Origin: Eledone cirrhosa
Taxonomy: Eukaryota
Direction: 5' to 3'
Assembly (NCBI GenBank): GCA_964016885.1
Contig: OZ024740.1
Coordinates: 257,362,001-257,426,000, forward strand
Length of the DNA stretch: 64,000 nt
Of this stretch, positions 14,881-26,849 are shown one piece after another. Under the pieces are notes generated by a model. The model ran no database searches. It had not been told where the DNA came from and saw only the letters and a list, made by a program, of their open reading frames with translations. The position numbers and the translations under genes are program-made. Numbering within the stretch: the first letter of the stretch is position 1; every line of letters begins with the position of its first letter.

Positions 14881-15250
14881 CCATATTCAACCTATTTCTT
14901 AGTACAGATCTCTCATCGCTAAAAGACACCATTTCCAGCACGGTTCTTGATTCCCAACCTGAAGCGCCATAAAATATAATGAGGCTATAAAACCACATCA
15001 TTATTGATAAGTTGAAAAAGTATTAAATAATATTAAAATCATGATATTGTTGTTGACGTTGATTTTTATATTATATATGAATGTAATAATGTTAGTTTTT
15101 TTCTAATGTTTATGTTAGGGTTTTTCTGTGTTTTTGGTTGTTTTTTTTTTGTTTTGTTTTTTCGGTCTTGATAAAGAATTCAATAAACAATTTTATTTCT
15201 GGTGAATATATGAATTTATCATTGTGACACGGATATAATAATAAAGGATT

Positions 15251-15327
<77 letters not shown>

Positions 15328-15933
15328 TATGTGAGTGTGGGTGTTTGTGCATGTGTGTGTGTATATGTGTGGATGTGTATATGTGTGTGTATATGAGAGA
15401 GGGAGTGGGGATGAAGATTGATGTGTACTGATGTATATATATCTATATGGAGAGAGACGGGGAGAAAATGTGTGCGTTTCTATATATCAGTGTTTCTATA
15501 TATATGTATATGCATTTATGTATTTGTGCGTGTAAGAACATATGCAAATATATATTATTTAAGTACGTGGTTATAGTTCCATATAAGTATGAAGGTAAGT
15601 AATAAGGTGATATGGTTTAGTGGTTAAGTTTCATCACTTCCTATTAAACAGTCTCGTGTTCAAACCCTACTAAATTTCGGGTATATATGATGTTTATTGT
15701 TGTTTGATTGAGATAATATATAAAATGAATTCTCTCCATCCGATTTTTCATAGATATGTAGTGGTATATTATTTAATGCTGCACTGATTCCTCCGCTATA
15801 TCTCTTTTACACTTCATCCTCACTTGTTTACACATTCACACACACACGCGAACAGACACACATATATATATATTAGAAAATGAGGGTTTTTTTTCAAAAT
15901 GAAAAAAAACGAGATGTCCTACACGAGTGAACG

Positions 15934-16092
15934 TATAAGGAAAAAAGGTGAAATCGAAAATGAAACTGAAGTTTTTTAAGAATATTTATTTGGTTCCTTT
16001 ACCGGTTTCGCAGTTCTTATGCTTTTCGGTAAAGTAACCAAATAACTATTCTTAAAAAGACTCCAGTTGCATTTTCGATTTCATCTTTTTTC

Positions 16093-16100
<8 letters not shown>
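15934..16100. repeat. Imperfect inverted repeat (about 70-bp arms) next to (TA)n, with a hammerhead remnant in the loop
   Basis: TATAAGGAAAAAAGGTGAAATCGAAAATG...CCTTTACCG pairs with CGGTAAAGTAACC...CATTTTCGATTTCATCTTTTTTCCTCATATA; the minus strand of the loop reads GCA-taagaac-TGC GAAAC CG GTA AAGG. Confidence 0.8.
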
Positions 16101-16134
<34 letters not shown>

Positions 16135-16202
16135 AATGTTATACTGTCATTTCTATAATACGACGAGTGTGTTTAACTCCGATGCACTCTAGTATTTTAA
16201 TT

Positions 16203-16254
<52 letters not shown>

Positions 16255-16842
16255 CACAGAGCAGCACGGTCTCTTTCTCTCTATATATATCTGTACATAA
16301 TATCTCTGTCTCTGGAAGAAATCAGCCATGATCCTACCTGGAGAGAGATTGGCTACATCAGGTTTAAATTCCCAAGAAAAGCTCTTGGACATGATGATGC
16401 CTCTATGATTCCTTTAAGAATCAAGGTTTTGATTTTATTTGAAGATGTATAGCAAGAAAGATTCAACCCAACTCTGATGAGCAACTTTTTCTATATTTTC
16501 TCTATTCTTGTAAATTAGAAAACTTTACAGATAGAATATCAGGTAGAATGCTTATGCTCTGATTGCGATTCCCACCAATATCATCTATTAGAGATCGATA
16601 AGTACCAGTCGAGGATTGGGGGTTGATCCTTCCTCTATATTTGTTCGCATCATCTCTTTCTCTTCCGCTCTCAGAAAGCGGTTGTCATCTGACCTGGAGA
16701 GGAATCGGCTCGCTAGCTTTAAAATAATCAAGTCAAGCTGTTTATTACGGCAACGCCCTTTATAACTTCATTATACCTTCAAGTATACAATATATTTGTG
16801 CCTACGTGTAGGTATGTATGAGTGTATGTATGTATTAGTGTG

Positions 16843-16898
<56 letters not shown>

Positions 16899-17062
16899 AA
16901 TATGTATATGTGTAATAGATGGGGCTATTATTCAATACTGAAAACAAGGGATAAGGGTTAAATCTATATTCTTAACTTTTAAATTTACCATATATATATA
17001 CATTCTTTCACGAAGAAACTCACACACAACACATATATATGTATATATACATATACATATAT

Positions 17063-17112
<50 letters not shown>

Positions 17113-17115
17113 TAA

Positions 17116-17228
<113 letters not shown>

Positions 17229-17969
17229 GCGTGTATGTGTGTGTATGTGTGTGTGCAAACTAGAGAGTTTGAAAGAAATAGAACGAGAACACGAGAATTG
17301 TAAAAAAAATTCAACGTATATATGCCGGGCGTATGATTTCGATCAAAATACGCCGCTTTAATGTGACAAATATTATCTTTGATCGTTCATACACTTTACA
17401 CCCTGATATATCTCTCACTATCTCTACGCACCACATCTCTAAATTTCATCGCCGCCTCCACCACCCACATCACCAAAGGCCTTCACCACCACCACTTCTG
17501 TTATTCCTCTTATTAAACATTGCTCTCTGTAGCTCTTCCCCATCAACGCCAACACACCTCCTTCATTTTCTTCCATCTTCCTGTTTATATCATAAATTGA
17601 CCTTTTACCTCACGCCTGGAGGACATCATAATTCTCCTCCGATTGGAAGGTTTTACCAAAAGGCAATAAACAATAATTAAAAGGTGTTAATTAAATCAAT
17701 TGTTCCAATGATGAGATAATTGCTCAAGAAGCTAGCAGCATATTAATAGAGGAGGAGGTGACACAGATGAACAAACATCTAACGTTACACAGGACTGATC
17801 CTCAAACTAAAGATATTATATTTGGTGCAAATATACATATATATATATGTTTTTTTCTCCCCCTCTCTCCCACATACAATGACACACACACGCACGCAAA
17901 CAACACAAACGCACGCAGACAAAAAAACACTCTCACACATTCATACACACATTATTTCCCTCCATATAC

Positions 17970-18007
<38 letters not shown>

Positions 18008-18064
18008 GTACCTACATACATATGTACATACATATATACATATATAGATATACATAGATACATT

Positions 18065-18129
<65 letters not shown>

Positions 18130-18434
18130 GCGTACATACATGCATACATAAATACATACGATCGTCTCCCAAGTGTAATGTTGCGTGTTGTAGAACTATA
18201 ATTGTTAAACTTTAAAGAATTTAACAACGTAGATTTCATGTTTGTCGGAATCCATAGGCCCCACCCTGTTCTTCGACCAAACTGAAACAATATGTATATA
18301 CGACTGTGCAACTGTGTCAAAAGGCGTACCTGACAGATTGAATTAATTAAGTGACAGATTGTAATATGCTGCTGTTGCTGTCGGACCTCCCACCATGTTT
18401 GAAAACGTATGTTCCACTTGTTGAATCAAATGGA

Positions 18435-18670
18435 TAGCCTGCTCGTGAATTAACCTTCAAGTGACTGAGCATTCCACAGATATATGTTCCCTTAAAGTAA
18501 ATCTCAGGGGTTTAGCGTCACACAGTGTGTTACAAGGCTGGAGTCTGAATGAAATGAATAGCCTGCGAGTGAATTCATTCGCAAGAGGCTGAGCATTCCA
18601 CAAGCATATGTTCCTTAAAGCAATCTTCGGGGGGCATTCGTCTTCACACAGTTCGTTAAAAGGCTGGATT
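18435..18670 (+). repeat. Two diverged tandem copies (about 122 bp) of an interspersed-repeat fragment
   Basis: ATAGCCTGC..GTGAATT...CTGAGCATTCCACA...TATGTTCC.TTAAAG..AATCT...CACACAGT...AAGGCTGGA at 18435 and 18558. Confidence 0.7.
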
Positions 18671-19330
18671 GGTATCATACCACAGCGAACTGGAGCAACG
18701 TGCTAAAATTCTCATCGCATTGCCGCAAATCAAAAGTGACGATGTTACAATGCTGAGCGAAATGCAGCTGCAGTCCTGTAGCTGATTCGAGTAAAGGAAT
18801 AAAATTGGCTGCGAATTAGCAAAATAGTTAGAACGTCGGCTAGAATGCGTTACGGTATTCGCTTCGGCTCTCTGCCCACTGTGTTCAAATCCTGTCATGG
18901 TAATTTTGCTTTTCATCCATTCAAAGCCGATAGAAAAATTGCCAGTCTAGTATTGGGTCGATCCTTCCTCTAAATCTCTTTCTCACTCTGTCTATCCTTC
19001 TCTCGGAGAAATCTGCTGTATTTAGACATGGAGAGAGATGTGCTCCACCAATTTTTTTCAATGCCCTAGAAACGCCGTATATTAATACGGCAGCGCTACG
19101 ACTCTCTCGGGAGTTACGAGACAAACCGAAGCAAATGGATAAAAGCTTTCACTGAATTTATGCTTTATGAGATTTCCTCCAATTACATTTGAAAATTAAA
19201 ATAGCTGTATTTCATTGTTGACTCCTTCAGTTATGGGTAATTTAATATTTCTTCACGATATATTAAACTCTTCCTCTCTATCCAATTCTTTCTGTCTCTC
19301 TCTCCCTCCCTCTCCCCCTCTCTATCTCTC

Positions 19331-19444
<114 letters not shown>

Positions 19445-19461
19445 CATATACATATATATAT

Positions 19462-19492
<31 letters not shown>

Positions 19493-19539
19493 CATATATA
19501 TACATATATATATATATACATATACATATATATACATAC

Positions 19540-19688
<149 letters not shown>

Positions 19689-20349
19689 AATGGACACACC
19701 TATACTGACACACTCATAGGAAAGTATGTATAGATTCTTACATACACACATACACGTGCACTTGAGTGGATGTGCAAGTATAGGCATGTACACACACATA
19801 TATATGTATTTATTAATATATATGCATATATGTATGCATTCATATGCAGACACACACACGGTCACATATATAGTGATATAGAGTATGCTGTCATATACTA
19901 TTTCACTTGATATTCAATCATTTGCTAGTTAATAATTACGGAAAGTATGAAATAAAATATAACGTTATATTTCTATGAAAATTAAATCCATCTTATATTT
20001 CAGCGAAGAAAAAAAATAAATTTCTCAAAGACACGACACCAACAACGATAGTTCCTTACCATTTAATTCAATTTGATTTGGTATTGTTTATTCGTAAACA
20101 TTATAATTGTCACAGCTAATTATATTTCTCATGTAATTTATTACCTGATTAATTAAGGAACCAGCGAAAAGATTTCTTGTAAATAGTTTTTTTTTCATCT
20201 GAAATTTCGTTTTGTCAAAATTCGTTTGATAATTTTAGAGAAATGTATTAAATTCTTTAAATAATTTGTGTCTAAACAAAATAAACAGCATTCCTATTGT
20301 TATTACTATTATTATTATTGTTGTTGTTGTTGTTGTTGTTGTTATTATG

Positions 20350-20510
20350 GTGGTGCTGCTGGTGAATTGGCAGTACCGGTAGAGCGTCGGACACTATGTT
20401 TTGCAGCTTCGGACATTTACGTTATCCCTATGGGATCGATAAAATAAAATACCAGTAATGCACTGGAATAATTGCTGGCCTTGTGCCAAAAGTAGAAGCA
20501 ATTATTATTA
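20350..20510 (+). mobile_element. Internally deleted SINE copy
   Basis: TTGGCAGTACCGGTAGAGCGTCGGAC head joined to GGGATCGATAAAATAAAATACCAG...GGCCTTGTGCCAAAAGTAGAAGCA(ATT)n tail. Confidence 0.8.
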
Positions 20511-21000
20511 CTAGCAGAAAAACCACCCTCCGGATTATTTTCTGCTAGTATGTGCAGTGTGCATATTGATATTATACTCAAATATATATGCATGTAGATA
20601 TGATATGTCAAATAAAAATTAAATTGACAATATGCATAGAAATTGAAGAGAGACTGTTATACAATCTTCTGTAATAAATAAATTAATCCATAATACATTT
20701 AATAAAGACGATATTAAATATAAACTGCAGTACGACAATATGTTTTGAAAAGACAAAGAAGAAAATGAGATTAGCGACGGGAATATAAACGCTATGATAG
20801 AGCGATTTAGATATATACACATCTATATAAGCGATGTGATATAGCGTTCGGCGAAGTGCTATGATAACGGAAGTGCTGGCATTTGAATATTTTAAAGGAA
20901 GTGAATCTTGAAATAAGCAGTACCTTTTATATATAAGAATATTTATGTTTAATCAAGAATTATGTATTTAGTAGATAAATTACCTAATATTCATTCATTA

Positions 21001-21180
21001 TTGGCAGTATCGGTAGAGGGTCGGACGCCATGCTTTCCAGCATAGTTACGTCCCTTTACAATCTGAGTTCAAATCCCGCCGAGGTTAACTTTGCCTTTCA
21101 TCCTTACGGGGTCGATAACATAAAGTACCAGTAATGCACTGGATATTTGCTGGCCTTGTGCCAAAAGTAGAAACAATTAT
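21001..21180 (+). mobile_element. tRNA-derived SINE inserted into an older AT-rich repeat
   Basis: SINE sequence as at 28766; its flanks rejoin to match the uninterrupted sequence at about 53270-53325. Confidence 0.88.
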
Positions 21181-21489
21181 TTATTCAAAGTAATCCAACT
21201 TATTTTAATAACGCGATAAAAACTCCAATTATTAACTACAAGATTATTGGTTACTGGTGTGGTCACGCATCGGCTACAACAGTAGGAATAATCATGACGT
21301 CTGTGTAAGACCCAATATATAATCTTATAAACTACCGCCGTCTGCTCCACAACAAATAGCACATATTAAATAAAAAAACAACACAAATAAAAACACTGAC
21401 ACCACCACCACGTCAACAACAATAAAAACAGTGATAAGAACAGCACATTTGCAGCTACCGCTAAAATATCAACGGCAGTGATCGCAATG

Positions 21490-22260
21490 AACTTAGAAAA
21501 TAAGAGAGATTAGATTTTAGCAAAGAACTATTGTTAGTGAAAAATAGAAAGGTGGGAAAAGCTGGTATCTAAATTAGACGAGGCTATTTGTAGTGGCATT
21601 GCATCTGATGTGCTAGCGGTGGAATGTCATTAGATCATTTCTTCAATGCGAAACACGAATGTTGCTTTGTCAGAGCTGAGTCACATGCTTTAAGAAATGA
21701 GGGAACCATTATGCACGCACTCCAGTGTCCGTGCATTACTGACTTGTGGAGTAATGTCGAACAGTTGTTGTCACGTTTAGAACGGATCCGTTTATCGACC
21801 GTGTCCATAGTGACGATCGACCTGCCGCCTTTTGGTCGGAAAAGGCAGGCAGTTTTCCTCTGTCCGGTGGCGGTAGCGAAAGAAGTTGTGTGGTGGACCT
21901 GGTTGAACAGACTGAAGACAGACACATTCCTCTTCGGCCAAACCCTCATGAACCTTTTCAAGTTTCACTTGGAAAGGAAAGTGAGGATAGAGGGAGAAGT
22001 GCTGCCCTCCAGTACATTTGCTAAAAGGTGGATAAATGTGACGAGAATAGCCCGTGTGAATGGGTCTACTTTGACCATGCGCCTGTAGGCTCGTGAATTT
22101 GAGGAGGAGAGGGTACCCTTCTCGGGTACCCTCGAAGCGTCGGGTGGTTCAGGATTTGTGGGGTACCTGAGTCAAACCTGGGTGGGAAATCTGTTTGTAT
22201 TTTTCTTGTTTATTGTTTTCATTTTTTTTTTACTCGATTTTTTTACTCGATCACTTGTGT
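21490..22260 (+). mobile_element. Internally deleted Tx1-like LINE fragment
   Basis: ORF 21624-22088 fuses the APE-RT linker (DHFFNAKHECCFVRAESHALRNEG) directly to the C-terminal domain (TIMHALQCP...AKEVVWWTWL), so the whole RT is missing. Confidence 0.8.
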
Positions 22261-22422
22261 CTAGTAAATGAAAAAATTACCATCATTATTATCGTGTGTT
22301 TATTTTAATTTGTTATTCTAATTTTTATTTTAAATGTGTTTTACATTTGAAATTCATGTCCAAACAAATTTTATTTATTTATTCACCATCTATATTTGTT
22401 TCGTGTGTATTTCTGGTATATG

Positions 22423-22473
<51 letters not shown>

Positions 22474-22533
22474 GTGCTACAGTGATCGAGTCACTTGACA
22501 AGCCGACTAAGCTACAGCTTAGATGCACTTTAA

Positions 22534-23122
22534 CTAGGAAGAAGAAAGAGAAAGAAAGAAAAACTTGTATTTACGTGAATTTAAAAAGAATTAACAGTTT
22601 GTAGGATGGTGGAATATGATTCCAGAATAAATAACTTGTAGGATAAATTATATAATTTCGCTAAATTAACAATGTTCTGAAACATTTTCAATGGTGGATG
22701 AAAATATTTGAATATTTGAATCGACAAATTGCTTTCTTACATTTTGAACTGCGTCTTTTTCTTAAATATTTATGCAAAATGTAAAATCAACATCCTTCGC
22801 AACTCATATTAGAAATGTAAACAATTAATACGTGTTTTATTTCTTTAAGATCACCAATAATAGTTATACTTGCACACTTATTAATCTATATAGATATTTA
22901 TATACTTACAACCTGTTGTAATGTAATAAGAGAAAATGTACTTACAGCCATAATTCTTCATAGAATCTAATTGATTAGATATATAATATTATAACTCATA
23001 ATATAGCTAAATATATATATTTTTTTAATTCTGGAATCTTATTTCACCATTCCTACAAACTGTTAATTTTTTTTAAATTCACGTAAACACAAGCTTTTCT
23101 TTCTTTCTCATTCTTCTTCCTA
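22534..23122. repeat. Inverted repeat with about 95-bp arms and a 400-bp spacer
   Basis: TAGGAAGAAGAAAGAGAAAGAAAGAAAAACTTGTATTTACGTGAATTT...TTCCAGAAT (about 22535-22628) is the reverse complement of ATTCTGGAATC...AATTCACGTAAACACAAGCTTTTCTTTCTTTCTCATTCTTCTTCCTA (23028-23122). Confidence 0.85.
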
Positions 23123-23338
23123 CACATACATATATATATCCTAATAATTATTTAAATATACCTAGCGTCTAAAAATAACATTTTTTCACCCCTATACCTC
23201 AACCTCATTTACATATTCATTTTAATAATTTGAATTATTTGACTTTTCCTCTCTTTCCCCTCTTTCCTTTTAAGGAAAAACTTGAACCGTTAGGATCTCC
23301 CTCCTGTATATGTTAATATTTATAAAACAAACTTTGTA

Positions 23339-23394
23339 TTTTATCTGATGAGCGCGTACCAAATTTTCGTACCCCTGATATATATATAATAGAA
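23339..23394 (+). ncRNA. Degenerate type I hammerhead ribozyme motif in a PLE-type terminal fragment
   Basis: TTTTAT CTGATGA gcgcGTAC-caaattttc-GTACccct GATA TATATA TA ATAGAA; GAAA is mutated to GATA. The surrounding 23310-23436 matches 57317-57460 (-). Confidence 0.55.
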
Positions 23395-23432
23395 TAAATA
23401 TGGTTTTATAAATATAGTTTCCATTTATTAAT

Positions 23433-23567
<135 letters not shown>

Positions 23568-23597
23568 AGATATATATGTATATATATATATATATAT

Positions 23598-23743
23598 ATT
23601 AATAAAAGGAATTCCAAATTTGTCACATTTACTCGTTTTATTTACAATCCTTTAAAATGATAATGGTATTAGAATGAATATAATTTTAAAGGATTGTAAA
23701 TAAAACGAGTAAATCAGACAAATTTGGAGTTCCTTTTATTAAT
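23598..23743. mobile_element. Fold-back pair of 3' termini of the Neptune-like PLE family, in (TA)n
   Basis: Right arm TTTTAAAGGATTGTAAATAAAACGAGTAAATCAGACAAATTTGGAGTTCCTTTTATTAATAT nearly equals 41087-41147; the left arm is its reverse complement. Confidence 0.9.
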
Positions 23744-23776
23744 ATAATCTTCTATACACAATCACACACACCCGTG

Positions 23777-23846
<70 letters not shown>

Positions 23847-23860
23847 GTATATATATACAC

Positions 23861-23893
<33 letters not shown>

Positions 23894-23914
23894 ATTGTGT
23901 ATATATATATATAT

Positions 23915-24498
23915 ATATCATGCTGATATACAAATCTGGCGGATCAGGCAGTCTGCTAATATGAAAATCAGGCTCATCAGTCACTGTATATTTCAGAAAA
24001 TATCATATATTCTCACTATCTCTGACAGTTGACAGGTGAACAGTGTACGCTACTTATGAAGGGTAATAACCCAGAAACATGAGTGTCTGCAGCTCTGTTT
24101 ACATGCCGACACAAGAGCAAGAATGACGAGATCATTCTATTCACACGGCTTAGGAGGCTGTTTGCATAATCGAATATCATTATTAATATTATTAATTAAT
24201 ATTATTATTATTATTAATTAATAATATTAATAATGATATTCGATTATGCAAACAGCCTCCTAAGCCGTGTGAATAGAATGATCTCGTCATTCTTGCTCTT
24301 GTGTCGGCATGTAAACAGAGCTGCAGACACTCATGTTTCTGGGTTATTACCCTTCATAAGTAGCGTACACTGTTCACCTGTCAACTGTCAGAGATAGTGA
24401 GAATATATGATATTTTCTGAAATATACAGTGACTGATGAGCCTGATTTTCATATTAGCAGACTGCCTGATCCGCCAGATTTGTATATCAGCATGATAT
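23915..24498. repeat. Apparently perfect palindrome, about 285-bp arms, A/T-only centre
   Basis: ATATCATGCTGATATACAAATCTGGCGG...CGAATATCATTATTAAT mirrored to ...CCGCCAGATTTGTATATCAGCATGATAT; no mismatch found by eye. Each arm contains the HHR-like CTTATGA A GGGT-aata-ACCC A GAAAC ATGAGT GTC. Confidence 0.92.
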
Positions 24499-24566
24499 TA
24501 ATGTTTTAAAAAATCACATTTACATATCTTGTATTCAGCCACATAATGCGATAAAACAATTTGTTA

Positions 24567-24598
<32 letters not shown>

Positions 24599-24689
24599 CA
24601 TATATATACATATATATATACATTTATAGATATATATACATATATATATATATATATACAACTATATACATATATATACATATATATAA

Positions 24690-24723
<34 letters not shown>

Positions 24724-25191
24724 TTGTGTGCGTGTGCGTGTTTTAGAATTTCGTATTTCTAAAGAAATAAGATAAGTAAACATTTAGAAAGCCGTAGCTA
24801 TAGAACACAGCGGTGCTATCGCCCCCTGGTGGTGTCCAGCAGATGCATGGGGAACAATCGTCGATGCACTTCGAATTTAGCTTATGCAGCGTAATATGCA
24901 AATGAGATTAATCCCTTCATTTACACAGACGACAAAAACATATATTCTCGTCTGTTTTCAAGTCCAAAAGTAGTAAGAGTGGGCGGGATCAACTGATGAG
25001 AACCAGTTAAGTTTGAAATGTCTCGAAGATTGTCCCCCTTGTTTCTTCTACGGCTTTCTAAATGTTTACTTGTAAACATACCATATTTCTTTAGAAATAC
25101 GAAATTCTAATACATATCTGTATACAGCTGTGCATAAAGCTAAATGCTAATGCTATTGTATATGTACATATATATTTATATATATACATAC

Positions 25192-25326
<135 letters not shown>

Positions 25327-25441
25327 AGATAAGCAGAACAAGTAAAATTCAACCAATTTTTCAAAATAAATCAAAATTAATATACAATTAAAATTATACA
25401 AAATTAAAAAATATAATGTAAATATTTACCTATTTACATGG

Positions 25442-25519
25442 CCCTAACTGTACAGTTTCACGGCGCAAAACATTAAATATCACCAGGATATTAATGGAAA
25501 AGCAACGATCATCAGAGAA
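25442..25519 (-). ncRNA. Type I hammerhead ribozyme motif in a (TA)n-flanked island (25327-25745)
   Basis: Minus strand: TTCT CTGATGA [long stem II including CATTAATATC/GATATTTAATG] GAAAC TGTACA GTT AGGG; palindromic loop III; stem I uses G-U pairs. Confidence 0.7.
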
Positions 25520-25743
25520 GCATTTTCCTGCCCTAGGGTTAAAAACCCCAGGAACGACAAAATATATGACCTCACTCCAACTAATACAGGTCTAAAAGGT
25601 CGTGAAAGTGACCCGTAAATACATTGGTGTATAGTGAAGGCGGGAAATCGTAGACTCGCCGTCTACAGCTCGCCACTAAAAAAAGATTTTTAGTAACTAA
25701 ATATAACGACAAATTTGTATCTCTACATATGGAGATTATTGAA

Positions 25744-25828
<85 letters not shown>

Positions 25829-25830
<2 letters not shown>

Positions 25831-25910
25831 CGAAGTGTGGTAAGGAACCAGATGAACCATAATAGCCGTCGAAACGGCTTGAGCACTGCCGTCGGGGTTA
25901 AACTTGTTCA
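25829..25910 (+). mobile_element. About 85-bp micro-element in (TA)n carrying the 3' half of a hammerhead; further copies at 25932-26065 (rearranged), 26592-26745 (inverted pair) and 30496-30580
   Basis: AACGAAGGAAGTGTGGTAAGGAACCAGATGGACCATAATAGCCGTC GAAAC GGC-ttgagctct-GCC GTC GGGG TTAAACTTTT recurs with the same ends, always between TA repeats. Confidence 0.85.
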
Positions 25911-26092
25911 TATATATATATATATATATATGACGAAGGAAATGTGGTAAGGAACCAGATGGACCACAACGCACCAAAGTACTCAATACTTAGGGTAGTA
26001 GAGTGGGTAATAGGAACGTGTAGGACCCCGACGGCCGAGCTCAAGCGGTTTCAACGGCTAATTCTGGACTAATATATATATATATATATATA

Positions 26093-26529
26093 TATTAAAA
26101 GGATAACAAGGACGATTGATTACTCCTTCATTGCATTTATTGGTAGGTGACGCGCGTTTCGCCACTGATCAGCTCAAGGTTCGATCTGTATCGATCCTAC
26201 CCGACTCAATATTCGGCGGCTCGACGTACCCTGTAAAATGCTATAAGAAAATGAAATACAAATGAAATACATTTCTTATAGCATTTTAAAGGGTCCGTCG
26301 AGCCGCCGATTATTGAGTCGAATAGGATCTATACAGATCGAACCTTGAGCTGATCAGTGGGGAAACGCGCGTCAGCTACCAATAAATGCGATGAAGGAGT
26401 TTATCAATCGTCCTTGTTATCCTTTCAATATATTACACTCTGTATATCTCTACTCCTCATCACAGAAGTGAACCTAAACATCGAGTGCTCTCCCGGGTGA
26501 ACCTGCAGTAACTCCAAGTTAAAACCCCT

Positions 26530-26531
<2 letters not shown>
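26093..26531. mobile_element. Fold-back PLE-type terminal repeat (arms about 160 bp, 26093-26432) with 3' extension
   Basis: The arms mirror each other and each carries GAAAC GCGC GTC, typical of minimal PLE hammerheads. The same family occurs at 35185-35455 (-). Both sides are flanked by (TA)n. Confidence 0.85.
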
Positions 26532-26593
<62 letters not shown>

Positions 26594-26608
26594 GGGTTAA
26601 ACTTTTCC

Positions 26609-26660
<52 letters not shown>

Positions 26661-26849
26661 GGAAAAGTTTAACCCCGACGGCAGAGCTCAAGCCGTTTCG
26701 ACACCTATTGTGATCCATCTGGTTCCTTACCACACTTCCTTCGTTATATATATATATACACAGTTCAAGAGTAACCAATCTTAAAGAGAGAGATGGAGAT
26801 AGGAGTGGAGAAAAGAGATTGGTGAATTAGTTAGAAGCCAAAAGCGTAA

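Noticed and set aside
24988-25030. CTGATGA GAAC..GTTT GAAA hammerhead-like motif
   Set aside because: Stem II pairs, but stems I and III do not close; at most a decayed remnant.
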